DNA of 62,709 nucleotides, the filler included, from Diploschistes diacapsis (lineage: Eukaryota), in the NCBI GenBank assembly GCA_023645945.1. It is 12 parts of 12 records of this genome, joined end to end, with 100 filler letters (N's around TTAATTAATTAA, not from the genome) between each part and the next. Parts side by side here need not be neighbours in the genome. Positions count along the whole stretch, not along the records: positions 1 to 25,875 come from JALAIB010000196.1; 11 more parts are not named here. One strand, given 5' to 3'. Below, piece by piece: positions 1 to 12,511 of the stretch. The notes below the pieces were generated by a model, which was given only the letters and a program-made list of their open reading frames with translations, was not told the DNA's origin and made no database searches. Within the stretch, counting starts at the first letter, position 1; the number at the start of each line of letters is the position of its first letter. The translations under genes were made by a program, and so were the position numbers.

Positions 1-321
1 GTTCTCGGGGTGTTTGCTGGTGGAGATCGAAGGGGAGGGGAAGGGGATGAGGTAGGCGATTAGCTTGTGTGGGTCCCGCGTGTAGTTTGCTGGGTCGGAA
101 ATGTTGTCGTCGTAGATTGTGGTCTTCTCGTTGGGAGAAGGACGGGGAGGAAGTGTTGGTGTCCATCCCGGAGGGCCCAAGGTTTGGTTTTCGATATGAG
201 TGGCGGTGGCATTCCCACAGCTTTGAACGGCAGTAGCGGGCACGCCAGTCGGTGGTAGAGACTGAGCCCCGATGTTGTAGGGAGGTAGGTTTTGTTCTAT
301 TGTATGCTGTGGCGCCGCCAT
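1..321 (-). CDS. 5' part of a fungal hypothetical protein (runs off the window start)
   Basis: ATG at 321 and an open frame to base 1: MAAPQHTIEQNLPPY...YDDNISDPANYTRDPHKLIAYLIPFPSP. Missing from the ORF track because there is no stop inside the window. The YTRDPHKLIAYLIPFP stretch resembles uncharacterised Pezizomycotina proteins (from memory). Confidence 0.6.
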   Translation of the reverse strand, partial: MAAPQHTIEQNLPPYNIGAQSLPPTGVPATAVQSCGNATATHIENQTLGPPGWTPTLPPRPSPNEKTTIYDDNISDPANYTRDPHKLIAYLIPFPSPSISTSKHPEN

Positions 322-1245
322 AGTGTTGGGTATATAGGGAGGGAAAAACAAAATAGGATAGAGATGGAAAAGCAAGAAGAGGGGAAAAGTTATGTTTTAG
401 TATTTACTTTAGAGAGAAGCTATATACCTACATGCCATCACAAGTGCAACTGCCTGTATTCGAGCCATCATAGAAGGTGCCACTGTTCTCTTTGGTTACT
501 ATCCGAATGCAGCTATTCGTGGAAGACGTCAACGTATGCAAATCACCTACACGTTGCCACCAGCCCTACAAATCGCAATGTCGCTTCATCCTTCATCGGA
601 TTAACTATAGAGAAGCTGATTTGACTTGAGGCACCCTGCAACCATCAGCATGTTAGTCAGAATTCCTTGACATCTGCCGCTTCTTGCAAAAGACCTTTCT
701 TGGAAGCAACAGACGAGCTGAGTCAAACATGCTTTCTTTGAGTCTCAGCATCCTGTTTCCTCTTTGGTACCTTAAACCTCATCGCTCAAAGAAACATAGA
801 TGAAGGGGACTAGTTAGCCATTCGGTCTGTCCTACGCTATGGAAACTACCTTACCTTAGCATCTTCTAAACAAACTTCATGAGCTACAACCTTTCATCGC
901 AAGATGACAATTTATGGTAATTACTCAGCTTACTATTAGATCTCTCTTACCTTAGCCTGGTATTCTTCTTTGGCTGTCGAGTTCTGCTTTTACGTCCTCT
1001 AAGTTAGCTTCCCCCAAGTCATTGTGCCTCCGCATTGTTCGCCCCTTTGCGTCCACTCTTAGTGCTTTAAAATTGGCCGTTGTCGCTTCTTTGTCTAGTG
1101 CTGCATTGTATGAATCTTAGCAAGCCATTGTTATGTCTGCCATGGTGCTGACATTTAAGTCGTGCTCAGACCTGAATGCTCTGCATATTGCTTCTTGTTT
1201 CAATATGCCCCAACTGAGAAACTTGACGTCTAATAACACTTACAT

Positions 1246-2859
1246 ATGGATCTCCCATTGAGATTGTTATCTCTATTAAAGCGTAAAAAGGAAACTAAAG
1301 GGGTAAGTCAGGCCGCTGCGGCTAAAGTCTCTACATCAAATGCTCCCTCTGAAAACAAGCCATCATCGCTTGAGGTCCCTAATCCTGCTAAAGACCATGA
1401 TAGTCTTCGACAGCCTCAGAGCGGAAATGTTCGCGAGCCTATTCAAATTGACCATCCGACCACCCGTCAATTGACCCAGTGCGCTCAGATGATTCCGAGG
1501 GAGCCTGTTACAGATCGATTATCTACGAAGACCGCCGTCGCAAATCTTACAGCTCAGCGTCTACAGGAAATATCGCCAGACTTTAATCCTGATTCACTCG
1601 GCAGACCGGTAAGGGATGCAGTTTCCACTGGTAAAACTCCCTCGATTACGATATCAGATGAGTCTAGTAATACTCAGAACATACCGGATCACCAAGAATT
1701 GCGCGATTCCTTGAAACCAATGCCTGACATCCCAATCCCGACATCTACTAGGCGACGATGTTCAACAGCTACTTCATCTACTGGCAGTTCGACCTCCTCT
1801 CGGAATATTTTCAGGGTGAGATCGATTTCTGTTCAATCTGATGGATCGACCTTCAGTCAATGGTCTCAGCCCAGTTCAACCTGTTCACTCTTACCTCCTC
1901 CTTTAAATATTACGAAGACTGCTACTAGTTCATTTGGGCCACACGGCACGCAAGCTGCCGAAGACGGGTCTTATCCGTATCAACACATCCGAGAGATCTA
2001 CTCGTACGAGACGCTGGACTTCTCTGCTTTATTTGACGAAGTATCGGAAAGCTCTGGGAGAAAGCTGTGGCGGAAGCTGCCTTTCGTCAAAAAGAAATCT
2101 GACATCGACGTTAGGCGGCGATCTGTATCAATTAAGAACCCCTCGCCAATTTCTCCGGACAGGCCATATCATCCGCTCATACCGTTCGCAGCGGATGAGT
2201 TTCCGCCGCAGCTGACTCGCTCAACTGTAGCGTCAAGTGTCAGCCGAGATCGATCTCGGTCGACCTCCTTTACGACTTGGCCATCGTCCCAGGCACCTGC
2301 TTCGACGCGCTCAAAGTCCGTGGCTTTTCCTTCCCCCTCAACGGAGGCTCGTCATGACTCTACCCAAGGCCGGGTTGCTACGAAAGCAACGGAGGCTGGC
2401 GTCCAAGCTCAATCCCCAAACCCCAGCAATCCACTACCAGAAGGCCAGCCGGGCTGGCGCAGATTCATCCCTACCCGCGCCCATGGAGGCGCTGATGGGG
2501 AACCAACCATGATCAAGCCAGTCCGTACTGCCAGTGGTCATCGAGTGTTACAGCTCCAGGAAGCAGTCTACGATGCCGAAGGAAAGATAGTCTACAAGCC
2601 GCTTATGCTCTCGTCCATGCATGCCAGTGATGCCACCCGCCTGTTTCTACTACCCATGAGCAGCTCCGGTGAAGACGTTGTTTGTTGGGGCTCGCCACAG
2701 AACCCTGACGTTCTTCGGGGCGATGTTTGTGTGGGACGAGATATCATGGGTCAGATGGTGAACGAGACGGTCGTTTGGAGCAGAGATGGGTTGGGGTTGG
2801 AGGATATCGAGGAGGCGTTACGGCGAATAGACATGAAGGGGCTGGCTGATAAGGCTTAG
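1246..2859 (+). CDS. Hypothetical Ser/Pro-rich, largely disordered protein with a small C-terminal globular-looking segment
   Basis: 537-aa uninterrupted ORF from ATG; no family motif recognised. Confidence 0.7.
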   Translation: MDLPLRLLSLLKRKKETKGVSQAAAAKVSTSNAPSENKPSSLEVPNPAKDHDSLRQPQSGNVREPIQIDHPTTRQLTQCAQMIPREPVTDRLSTKTAVANLTAQRLQEISPDFNPDSLGRPVRDAVSTGKTPSITISDESSNTQNIPDHQELRDSLKPMPDIPIPTSTRRRCSTATSSTGSSTSSRNIFRVRSISVQSDGSTFSQWSQPSSTCSLLPPPLNITKTATSSFGPHGTQAAEDGSYPYQHIREIYSYETLDFSALFDEVSESSGRKLWRKLPFVKKKSDIDVRRRSVSIKNPSPISPDRPYHPLIPFAADEFPPQLTRSTVASSVSRDRSRSTSFTTWPSSQAPASTRSKSVAFPSPSTEARHDSTQGRVATKATEAGVQAQSPNPSNPLPEGQPGWRRFIPTRAHGGADGEPTMIKPVRTASGHRVLQLQEAVYDAEGKIVYKPLMLSSMHASDATRLFLLPMSSSGEDVVCWGSPQNPDVLRGDVCVGRDIMGQMVNETVVWSRDGLGLEDIEEALRRIDMKGLADKA

Positions 2860-3595
2860 GGCCGAATCTCATAACAGATCTAATGGGTAGCAACGAGAAT
2901 AGACATAATGCAAGCAGTGCTTGGTTAGGCTTTACCAACTTGTGACAAATCTTTCCGGCGGGCCCCTATGAGTTTCGCAATCGAATACCATTACAGAGTT
3001 TTGTTTTCAGGGTGAAGCAAAGACATAAAGTTGATTTGAAGTATTGTAAAACTCGCCAATACAGTTCCAATGGCAATAGTAGCCTATTCCGTTTTCCTCA
3101 ATCTGTCTTTCTTTGTCCAAATAGCCAAAACTCTCATCCGGACCCTGTGTGCACAGAACTCGATACAACTCCCGCTTTGCTTTGTCCCTCCGAAAACAGA
3201 AATGTGAAAACACCTCGCCGCATCCGGCGACCTTAAACCAACTAGCAAAAACACGCCCACAGAAGCCAAAAGAGCGCCAGAACACTTCCCAATGCAATCG
3301 CGTCCTCATAGTTGCGCAAGACATCGCATTGTAGTATCAACAACCGACCATTAACGCAGCAACAACAACAACAACAACAACCATCTCGAAATATCCTTTC
3401 CTGCCTACTGGGTATTCCACGTGAGCTAACCGACATTGGCCAGCAACCCTGTTACGCAGCTTCCATTTCCACGTCCTGCCTAGGCCTACCTCAAAGCGAA
3501 ACTAAGAAAGAGAATATCGGTGCAACAAGAAAGCTCCAGTCCCAAAAGACCACCCTAAAGGTAAAAGGAAAGGAAAACGAAGGCGATAATCCATA

Positions 3596-6211
3596 ATGCC
3601 GGCCCAAACCCGCGCCCAGAAGCGTAGAGCTGCCGACAACAACGCGGATCTCCCATCAGAGCCTCCTTCCGCTAAGAAGAGATCCCCTCCGAAGCGGAAG
3701 CCCAAGGCAGTAGCAACGCCAAAACCCAAACTCGACCCAAAACCCAAAGCAGCGCCAAAGACGGAGATGGCGGCAAGGGGAAAGCTGGGGGGAACATCTG
3801 TGAGGGGTACAGAGGAGGTGGAGGTGGATGATGAAGACGAAGAGGAAGATGAATTAGCGCGTGGAGAGCGGGCTGATGAAGAAGAAGAAGGAAACGACCG
3901 CGGAGAAGAGGATGACGAATATAGAGAAGAAAAAGAAGAGGAGCAAGAACCTCTGAAGCCCCAGCGAGGGCGAAAGACTAGAGGAGCAGCGGCAAATAGA
4001 GGAGGAAGGGAAGGGGTAAGAGGGAGAGGTGGAGCAAGCGCGAGAGGCCGACCGAGACCCGGACAGGGAAAGACGACAAATATGGAAGAGTTCAAGGACC
4101 AGCTAGCGTCGAGTCGCGCAAAAACCGACCCTAAAAGGAGTGGTAGGCCATTGACACGTGCAAAGGAGGCAGTTTCGCCAGAACAAGAAGCTGCTGAAGG
4201 TGGAGGGGTGCCGATAGATGTAATAAGAGGTCCCAATGCATGGGAGACGCTCGCACGGAGAATGGGGGTGCTAGTAAAGGAAGATAGCGGGGGAGCTGTA
4301 GGCCGAGAGCGCTTGCAACAGGCCGCAATGACGGAATCCTCAAGGCAACACCAAGCTGCTAAGAACGTGGCTTTCTTCCCTTTAGACAGTGGCGATCCTG
4401 GCGCTCTCGGTTCTGCTCCGATGGATACGAGTCGGACTGACCGTCCGACAGTCTCCACCCGAAAGGTCATATCACCGACAAGCGGGAAAAGCCGTATGAA
4501 ATTGATCGTTATGAACCGTGGAAAAAGCAAATCACCGAGTCCACCCGCCCTTGGCCAAGCAGGGAATTTCCTAGTCCCCACGTCAAACGGCCCCAAATCG
4601 CCAGAATCGCTAGTCTCATACGAGCAAATGATGAGAGAAACAGATGCCTCGAACGAGCAGCCCCCGCAGACAAAGAACGGCAAGCGCAAATCCCCGCCAG
4701 CACCCATCCAAGTTACGCGGTTTGGCATTGGACCTCAACTGCCATCCCGTGGGAGAGCTCCAATCGACGTCGTCTTTCCAGGGATCCAGAGCAGAGGACA
4801 ATCGTTCATAGACGAACTAGCGGCCCGACACCGCGGCAGCCCCGACTATGACCCTCTGCAACTGCCTTCTCCCACGTTCCCCGGCACTCCGCCGGACATA
4901 GCTGTGCTGATCGGCAAAACTGAAAACGGGAACGAGGTCTACCTCTTGAAGGTCGACGATTCAGACGGAAGCGTCCCGCCCATTGAGCCTGCGCTGGGGA
5001 CAGCCGTGACAGATCTTGATCCGGACTTGGCGCGATATACCGACCCGTTGTGCTCACCGCCGACGCCTGTGCAGCCGATGCAGCTGGGCCAGAAGATGGA
5101 GCGCCGTAAATCTCAGGATCAGAGGCTGTTGGTTGGGAAACGTGAGCTAGAACACAGAGAGGAGATGATGAGGCCTAGGGTATTTGACCGTTGGGGATTG
5201 ATGCGTCCAGCAGGGCCGCGCTCGCCGGAGCTGTTGCCAGGGGTGTACGATATCATTCCGCCGGGATATCATGCTGACGATGAGCACACGGACGGTAACA
5301 CCGAAAGCTCGGAGAGTCTTCCGCCGGAGTTGCTCACGTGGGAAGAATATAACCGGTTGGAATATACTATGAATCACGATCCCGATCTTCTTCCTATTCA
5401 TACTAGGTATGGTGTGCACTTCGATCCGTGGAGCGGAACATGGAACTACCTTCTTTGCATGGATTCGAACGGAGGGGAGATGTGGCAGTCAATGCTGAAT
5501 TTTTCGCATGACAGCCACTACATTCAGCAAAGTTTTGGTATTCGCGATGAAGATGGAGATGACCACGACGAAGGAGTCCAGCCGCGGGCTATGAGGCTCA
5601 GAATAAGAGTCGTTGAGGAGCATTTCCGCGAGGTGAAGACCCTCGGCCGGATACATGACGACAGTCGGGGCCACGATCATATGAGAGTGAGGCTAGGGGA
5701 ACTCTTCACTGGCTCCGATCGCGACGGTGTTGAACTTTGGGAGCCGATATTGCTGGGAGATTACAGGGGTCCAGTGGAGGCTATCCCATTGACGCGGTAC
5801 AGAGACGAGCAAATTCGGCGATTGCACTGGCGTCGTGAAATTGAGGAGGAAGCATCGGAACAGAGAAGTCGCGGTCACAAGGCGAACACGATGATAATTG
5901 GGGAAGACCATGTCCATGATGGGAAGTACGGAAAGAAAACAAGCAATAGGATCGGAGGCTGGCTTGGCAGAAATCGAGACATAGGTACGACTATACATGC
6001 GCAGTCTAGCGGAGCAAAAAGATTTGGTGAGCTGAAGCTGGCGGTTCATCAGCAAAGCCCAGATGAGGAGCAGGTCGGCGAAGAAGAGAACAATGAGGGA
6101 GAGGGGAAAGAGGAATCGACGAAGGGAAGCAGAAAGAGGAAGGCTTTGAAAAAACATTCTCATGATGCAGGGACAGAGGCCCACAGTAGTAAGAAGACAA
6201 GGTCTTCGTAA
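3596..6211 (+). CDS. Hypothetical protein, probably nuclear (basic N-terminus, acidic tract, RG/GRP motifs)
   Basis: 871-aa ORF with ATG in good context (ccataATGccg), NLS-like clusters KKRSPPKRKPK and RKRKALKK; no family recognised. Confidence 0.75.
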   Translation: MPAQTRAQKRRAADNNADLPSEPPSAKKRSPPKRKPKAVATPKPKLDPKPKAAPKTEMAARGKLGGTSVRGTEEVEVDDEDEEEDELARGERADEEEEGNDRGEEDDEYREEKEEEQEPLKPQRGRKTRGAAANRGGREGVRGRGGASARGRPRPGQGKTTNMEEFKDQLASSRAKTDPKRSGRPLTRAKEAVSPEQEAAEGGGVPIDVIRGPNAWETLARRMGVLVKEDSGGAVGRERLQQAAMTESSRQHQAAKNVAFFPLDSGDPGALGSAPMDTSRTDRPTVSTRKVISPTSGKSRMKLIVMNRGKSKSPSPPALGQAGNFLVPTSNGPKSPESLVSYEQMMRETDASNEQPPQTKNGKRKSPPAPIQVTRFGIGPQLPSRGRAPIDVVFPGIQSRGQSFIDELAARHRGSPDYDPLQLPSPTFPGTPPDIAVLIGKTENGNEVYLLKVDDSDGSVPPIEPALGTAVTDLDPDLARYTDPLCSPPTPVQPMQLGQKMERRKSQDQRLLVGKRELEHREEMMRPRVFDRWGLMRPAGPRSPELLPGVYDIIPPGYHADDEHTDGNTESSESLPPELLTWEEYNRLEYTMNHDPDLLPIHTRYGVHFDPWSGTWNYLLCMDSNGGEMWQSMLNFSHDSHYIQQSFGIRDEDGDDHDEGVQPRAMRLRIRVVEEHFREVKTLGRIHDDSRGHDHMRVRLGELFTGSDRDGVELWEPILLGDYRGPVEAIPLTRYRDEQIRRLHWRREIEEEASEQRSRGHKANTMIIGEDHVHDGKYGKKTSNRIGGWLGRNRDIGTTIHAQSSGAKRFGELKLAVHQQSPDEEQVGEEENNEGEGKEESTKGSRKRKALKKHSHDAGTEAHSSKKTRSS

Positions 6212-6380
6212 TAATAAAAGGGGTACTGGTAGGACATACCTATGCAGGCTCCGAGACCCACCATTTGACCTTGAATATTGCTAGTCTCAGCTCAAGGGGT
6301 ACCGTCTATCGCATTAGGGGTATCATAAAGGACTTTTATCTGGTACATGTAAACATGCTCTTGAACTTGGGTAAACCTCT

Positions 6381-8546
6381 TCAACTTGCCCCAAAAGCCT
6401 CGTAATAATAATCATCGTCCAAGCCCTCCCGCGAAGGTATCTTCGTCTCTCTATCGTCTGGGCCATGCCCTTCTTCAAATCTAACGTTTAGGAGTCGTAT
6501 TTTAAGGCCCCATGACGATACTGTCTTGATGAGGTTCTTTGTCTTACCAGCTGCAGCGTCCTGATTGAGAAGCATAACCAGACCATCAACCCATTCGGCA
6601 CCAAGCGTTTCGTCCAAGGGATAAAGTATAAGGACTGGAGTTTCTCTACGTTGCGATGCATTCGAACTCGTCTTCCGGTGATGCTTGTGGTCGTTGTGGC
6701 TTTTCTCTCGCTTCTTCGCAAGGCCGTTGATCACGATTCGGATTTGGGGCTGCCTTGGCGCTGATGGAGGCGGTTGGAGAGTCTCCGTGCTGGAGGATGG
6801 TGAATGCGCTTCGCGCGATATATTTGAGACAACTGAGGCGATATCTGATAGATCGATGGTCTCTGTCAAGTCTGCAAGGGACGGCTCTTTTGCTTCCCGC
6901 AACTCAAAGTCGGCGTAGTGCAACGACCGACGATTATGGCTCAATCGCGCGAATCTCCACTTCTTCTCCGCATTGGAGTCGACAGGCTCGAATTTGTCAT
7001 CGTCAGCCGAGAGGGGAAACCAGCTGCCACGAAGCAGGCACCGCACTCTTTGTTCCTTCACGAACTGCACAGATTCGTTGTACAACTCATCTCGAACCTG
7101 GCGAAGATGCTGCCCCCACGAGTCTTCGTATGACAGCTCGAGAAGTTCCATTTGTAAATCTCGTAAACGCTGGAGCTCGTATGCCTGAAGTTCGTCCTCT
7201 ACAGCGGCAATTCCTTTTGTCCTTGTTGCAGAACCGACAACGGCCTCCATCAGGATTCGCACTAGCTCAGCTATCTTAGTAAAATCTTCGTCCTGGGCAC
7301 CGGTAGCTTGCCACAGCCGAAAGAATGCTTGCAAGCCGGCTGTGTGTATTCGCGTCCATTGAAGCAGCATAGGCATGAAGAGCTTATCGATATTTGACCG
7401 CGAATCAAGGGCAAGATATGCCTTTGCGTCATCCAATTCGGACTTGTCACATTCGAAATGTTCGTACAGAATGCCGGTCACCGCAATGCTAGCTCTTGCT
7501 ACAGGGCATCTCCTCGTCGGGTGCTGAGTGCTTTGCTCTAGTATCAATTTCTGGAATCCACCTTCTGACCGGCGTACAAAGTCCGCAATATCCAGCATGC
7601 CAAGATATCCTACCTCTTCAAATTCGGCCGCTGGATCGCTTGTCGAAAAACCTAGTCTTGACCACTTCTCAGCTCCTTTGGCGGTCTTTATATCATAGTC
7701 GCTGTTATCCGGGGTGGGCACGTCCCTCTCATTCTTGCTTGCCTGGTAGATGCTTCTAATTACACGTCTGTGTTCTAAATTATTGAAATCAACGGTGACG
7801 TTTCTCCACTTCCTGAGCAGCACTTTGGTGAGCGCCTGGAACTCAAGGAGGGGTTGCGCAAGCTCCTGAAGAGCGGACCCTTGCATAAGCAAATACACGG
7901 CTCGTATTACCCCAAGGTCCTGCAGCCTCTTGATGAACCTGGGCCACTCGCTTTCACTGCCATTCACTACAGCATCTCGCATCAGCGAATTGATCAATTG
8001 GAGAGAATTTGTGCAAAGTGCGTGGTCCGCGGATGATAAGCGAGTCACGAGCATTTCCAAAAAGTTTGGAAAGTCATTCATTGCTGGCCTGATCGCTCTG
8101 AAACCAAATGCTTCAGGATGCGCCGGTTTCGATGTAGAGGTATACTGATGTGATACGACAGCAACCAGGATGGACATTGCGCCCCGAAGAACGTTGACGA
8201 GGGGATGTGTGACGACCAACTCCACGATCTAGCATATATTAGCTGTAGTCCGTGTAGATAATTTGTATGTTCTTACCCTCGTGACAAGATCTTGATCCAC
8301 GCCATCCCATCCTTTGTCTACCTCTAAAAGCTTCGAGAACGCCGTGAGACTGTACGCCAGGGTGTTGCCTGAGCCCTGCAGTACTAGTTGTCGTAATTTT
8401 GGTAGGCCACCCTCAGAGATGAAGACATCGGCAAACGATGGGTCTCCGACACTGCTTTGTAGCTTGAAAGCAGCTAGCTTACGCACGGAGTCTTCTTCAC
8501 TACCTAATGCCTTCACGGCCTGGGGAATATTGACTGTGCTATCCAT
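6381..8546 (-). CDS. ELMO/CED-12 family protein with C-terminal PH domain (2 exons)
   Basis: Exon 1 8546-8277; 48-nt intron 8276-8229 (GTAAGA...GCTAAT...CTAG); exon 2 8228-6381. Motifs WSRLGF..DP..EF...GYLGMLD, CPVARASIAVT (ELMO domain), QFVKEQRVRCLLRGSWF and WRFARLSHNRRSLHYADF (PH domain). Confidence 0.9.
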
Positions 8547-9554
8547 TTGAAGAATCGACGGGAACTGACGGGAACTCGCCTATTAGCGACCCGCTGTGAC
8601 AGTGAATGAAACCATCAAGGCACGAGTATAGACTTCTAGCTTCCCATTGTAAGCATCTTCTCCTCGGTGACAATTAGCATAGTCATACCATGTGGTATTT
8701 CTGTTGCTCCAATCCGGAGCAGCTCGGACCATCTTTCATCCGAACTATCAAGCTAAGCGCACAGGCGCGGTATGCGAGGAGAATAACCTCATCACAAATC
8801 TTTATACCAGGGAAAAGCTGAGATGGTACGATTGATCAGCCTCCATACATGACCTCTACCCCTAGATGTTTTTCTATGTCTCTATCTTTAGCCATTATCA
8901 AGCTCTGAATATCACGTATTAGGACAAAGTACTTGCAGAATTTACCAATGCTTCCTTTGAGTTTCTCTAAAGGTTGATTTTGTGCTTCTTTGAAATCGAT
9001 TGCTTGACTATTCGCACCGATGCTGAACTCGCAACAGCTAACTTTCGCTCGATGAGCTTGGCTACCCGGATCCGCTTATCCAACGGTTGTTCAGTATCGG
9101 TGCAAACCGTGACTCTATGAGCCCAGCTCCCCCCGATCTAGGTATCCATCCACACCGGGAACTCTCCCGATCTTCACCAGAATCAATATGTTCTGCGGCT
9201 ATCATATGCTGTCAAAGCGTGTCTACTTCTCTGATTCTGCTACGGTGAATGTTCGCTGAGATTAAACAGCGCTGGATATATGCTTACCCAAACGCCCCGT
9301 CCCGATCATACATGCTCAAAGTTCTAGACACTCTAACTCGATGCTTCTTTTCTTTCCTCTTCATCAGCATTGACGATTAGTTATTCTCTATTGCAAACCC
9401 GTCTAGGAAGCAGCATCCTCTTCGCTTCGCTCTCTGTTACTGTCTCTTAGCTTGCATATCAAAGTTAGCTTGTCTCCAGTAACACCGGTCTTGTTTATCT
9501 TTCTTTACTACCACGACGCTTGTTACTATCTCCCAGTCAAACTACATAGCAACT

Positions 9555-10803
9555 ATGTCGAGACTTTCTTCAGTCAACTCCATGGCTCCAGCAGCATCAT
9601 ACTCCCAAAAGAGCACTCAGGTGATGGACTTGTCTCCTTTTCTCATATGCTCACCGCTCTACCATGGGCTTGGGAAGCCCAAAGATATCCTCTTAGACTA
9701 TGGTGTCCGTCCAGCACTTGAAGACGGTCACGCAAGCTACGATCGAGCTTTCACAGAAGAGCTAGTCATCCTCATAGGTCTTGTCAACGGCTTTGACCGT
9801 GTGATTATCCTGTGGGTATACTAACGTGTGCATTTCGTGACGGTTACTGAACAGTATTAGAAACTATCCGCACAAGTCCCATTTCCAAAATGGAGTCCAC
9901 TACCCGCATCCCAATCATATCACGGTAGCTTTCGGACTTCGCGATGGCAAAACGGAAAAAGCACATGTGTACCTCAGCGAAGTCCGCCCCTATGTTGTGT
10001 GCCGTCGTAAAGGAGACAAGAAGATAGACGTTGTTTGGGGCGGCCATCTCGGCTACACCTTCGAGCCTGTTGAGAGCTTCGTAGTCAAGGCATGGCTCGA
10101 TCCTAAAGGCCAGCACGTGACTTCGCTCAACTGGGCCAAGGTGCACGACAACCAGGTCAAGCGGAGGCTGAAGACGAGCGGAATCCTCAACTTAGCTTCT
10201 TGGCGCATTTCCACCCCCAAGACCAAAGCATCCGAGGATGCGGCTGCCAACGGGGTGGGAAAGGGTCTCTGCGATGTCGGCAAAAAAGCCCTCATTTCAA
10301 CCAAGCAGGACCCGCTTACTCGCCAGAAGCCCCAAGGCTCGTCTCAATCGCGCATCTCCGGTCCACCTCGCAAGTCAAGCGATCATCACCACGGCGAGAA
10401 TTACGACATCAACTGGAGCAGCGGAATCAAGAAGAAGGAGGAGGAACCTGGCACCGAGTCCGACAACGACGACGACGCGAACAAAGAGAACAAGCCGCCC
10501 ATATGGGCCTTCCATGCAAACTTCTCAGCCTCCCGCGGCAATCGTCCCCGTCCCAGTCCCCGTAACAGCAACAGCTGGCGCAACAACTGGCGCGACACCA
10601 TGAGCCCTCTGCCTGCCATGGAGCCGACAGGCCCTCGCAACCAGCCAGGTGAGCAGCCGAGCGTGGACCCGTGGAGAGAGCTGGAGCGCCTTTGCAGGGG
10701 CTTGCCCGATGTCATCGAGAAGGCGAAGGAAGCACAGCCGGAAAAGCCAAAGGCGCCCGGAAAGCCGGCCCTGAGCCCGAAGGTGCCAGGAAGTCTGTTC
10801 TGA
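9555..10803 (+). CDS. Hypothetical His-triad-motif protein A (2 exons, ~399 aa)
   Basis: Predicted intron 9812-9860 (GTGGGT...ACTGAAC...TAG) joins ORF 9555-9824 to the frame of ORF 9967-10803, giving ...FTEELVILIGLVNGFDRVIILNYPHKSH...HPNHITVAFGLRDGKTEKAHVYLSE...; similarity to the 12512 gene spans the junction. Confidence 0.65.
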
Positions 10804-12511
10804 GCTACAAGACAGCGGGAATCTACCTCGCACCGACTTTGGGGTTCTGCTATCTTCATTTTCAAAAGTTGTATTAGTAGGAAGTTTTCTTCAAGAGATG
10901 CATAAGATTTGCCGTTACTGTGAGGCGGAGCTGAGGATATCCTGTTGCTCATACTACTCCTCACAACTGAAGATAGCAAATGAATTCTAGAAAACTCAAG
11001 GGCGAACTTCTTATCTGCGACTGTAATTGCTCTATTTACTACCGTAAAACGTTCAGCATTGCACTCTGTTTTACCGATGAGCGTCTTTCCGCGCCTGTAG
11101 TGGTCGCTCTATCTACTGCCTTGAGTCATTCAGCGTTACGGTCCGATTTTACCTGAACTGTTACCTCCAGAGGTCAATGCACGTGCACGCAACCCAATCC
11201 TCCAAATCGGCGTAAAGTAAACCAGGGTAGCGAGATCTCTCCGCATCCGTAGTTATCCCCCCTGCCCCGTCTGACTCAACACGTTACTAGCACTCCCAAT
11301 GTGCTAGCCCAGCATTATACCGCTATCTAAACTGCAGAAGCTCTTCAAAGCCTGTCCTCGAGCTTCCACAACAAGCAACACGGAAAGAGGTTGCTCGCCG
11401 TAGCTCTCCACGTCCATTTCCACGATGCGTGCCTCTCGATCTTGCCGTCTCTCCATCTCTCTGTTCATTTCCCCTTTTTCTTCCGTAACGCACCGACAAT
11501 ATTGGCGTTCTAATCATAGAATGACACCGGTCCTTGGCACCATTTCCTTGTTCCGTAGATTTTTTCGTCTCTGACAGCGCTAATTTTGGTAACATGCTGG
11601 TTGGAACGTGGGCACGTGTAGTCCATCTTGCTGGTAGAGTGTGGGGAACCCGTGGAATCCGTGTTTTGTTTGTTGTGCTTTATTGAAAACGGGAGTTTTT
11701 GATGTCCTACATTAGCCGTCCCATGCATTGTTATTGGGAGCCCCTATATCGATGCAGTCATTTCTGCTGCGTCTTAGCAGAACGAGGGAGTCTTGAATGC
11801 CTGACATTGGTTGCTGAATGAACATCGTGTGCTGCTATAGGGGTTCTCGGCACTTGAAGGGAGTCCCGAGGGCTTGGCATGTCGATACTGAGCGAGTTTT
11901 GAAGGGAATAGGGGCGGGAGCCGTGGTTCTTTCGGCAATCTATTTCTATCTCTGTGAGAATTTCACGCTCTAGCGGTCGTAGTTGGTAGCTATCACAGTG
12001 CTCAATTAAAAATTGGCTCAATTGATTGCTGCATCTGTGCCAAAGCGTCGAGGTTACCTGCCGGTATAGTTAACTCACCAGAGGCCCATCAGTATAGGGA
12101 AAGCCTGGAGTTATGGTTCTTTGGTAGTATATGTCTGGTTCCGGCTATTTCTGTCATTTCGAAGGCTGCCATCCGCGTTTGGATTGGTTGTCGATGGTGT
12201 CCAGCGAGGGGTCATCGACATTCTACTGAGAACTTGCTCGTAGTGAGTGCGGTATCTGCCCAAAGCGTCGAGGCTGTCTGCTATAGAGTAGAGTCGTCAG
12301 TGGCCCGAGTGCAGGGAGAAAGAGTATAAGTACTGTCCCTGATTCCGTTGTAGACTGATTTCCTCCTCACCCTCTTCTCAGTTCGAGATTACCTACCAGT
12401 GATCTTGCATTGTCCAACGCCTATAGCAGTGCTGCTATAACGACGCATCACCTTCTGTCAGAGCTCTGTATCACTGCTGTCACCCTCTCACATGAGCGCC
12501 CCTGTATCAGG

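Noticed and set aside
3502..4728. 408-aa antisense ORF, and similar antisense ORFs over SDH1, RpiB, DUF3455 and DPH2
   Set aside because: Shadow frames of GC-rich or low-complexity coding sequence on the opposite strand
11323..12021. Minus-strand protein-like fragments between the two His-triad genes (possible partner or antidote gene)
   Set aside because: Several stops and no consistent splice model that I could build; cannot be supported without RNA-seq
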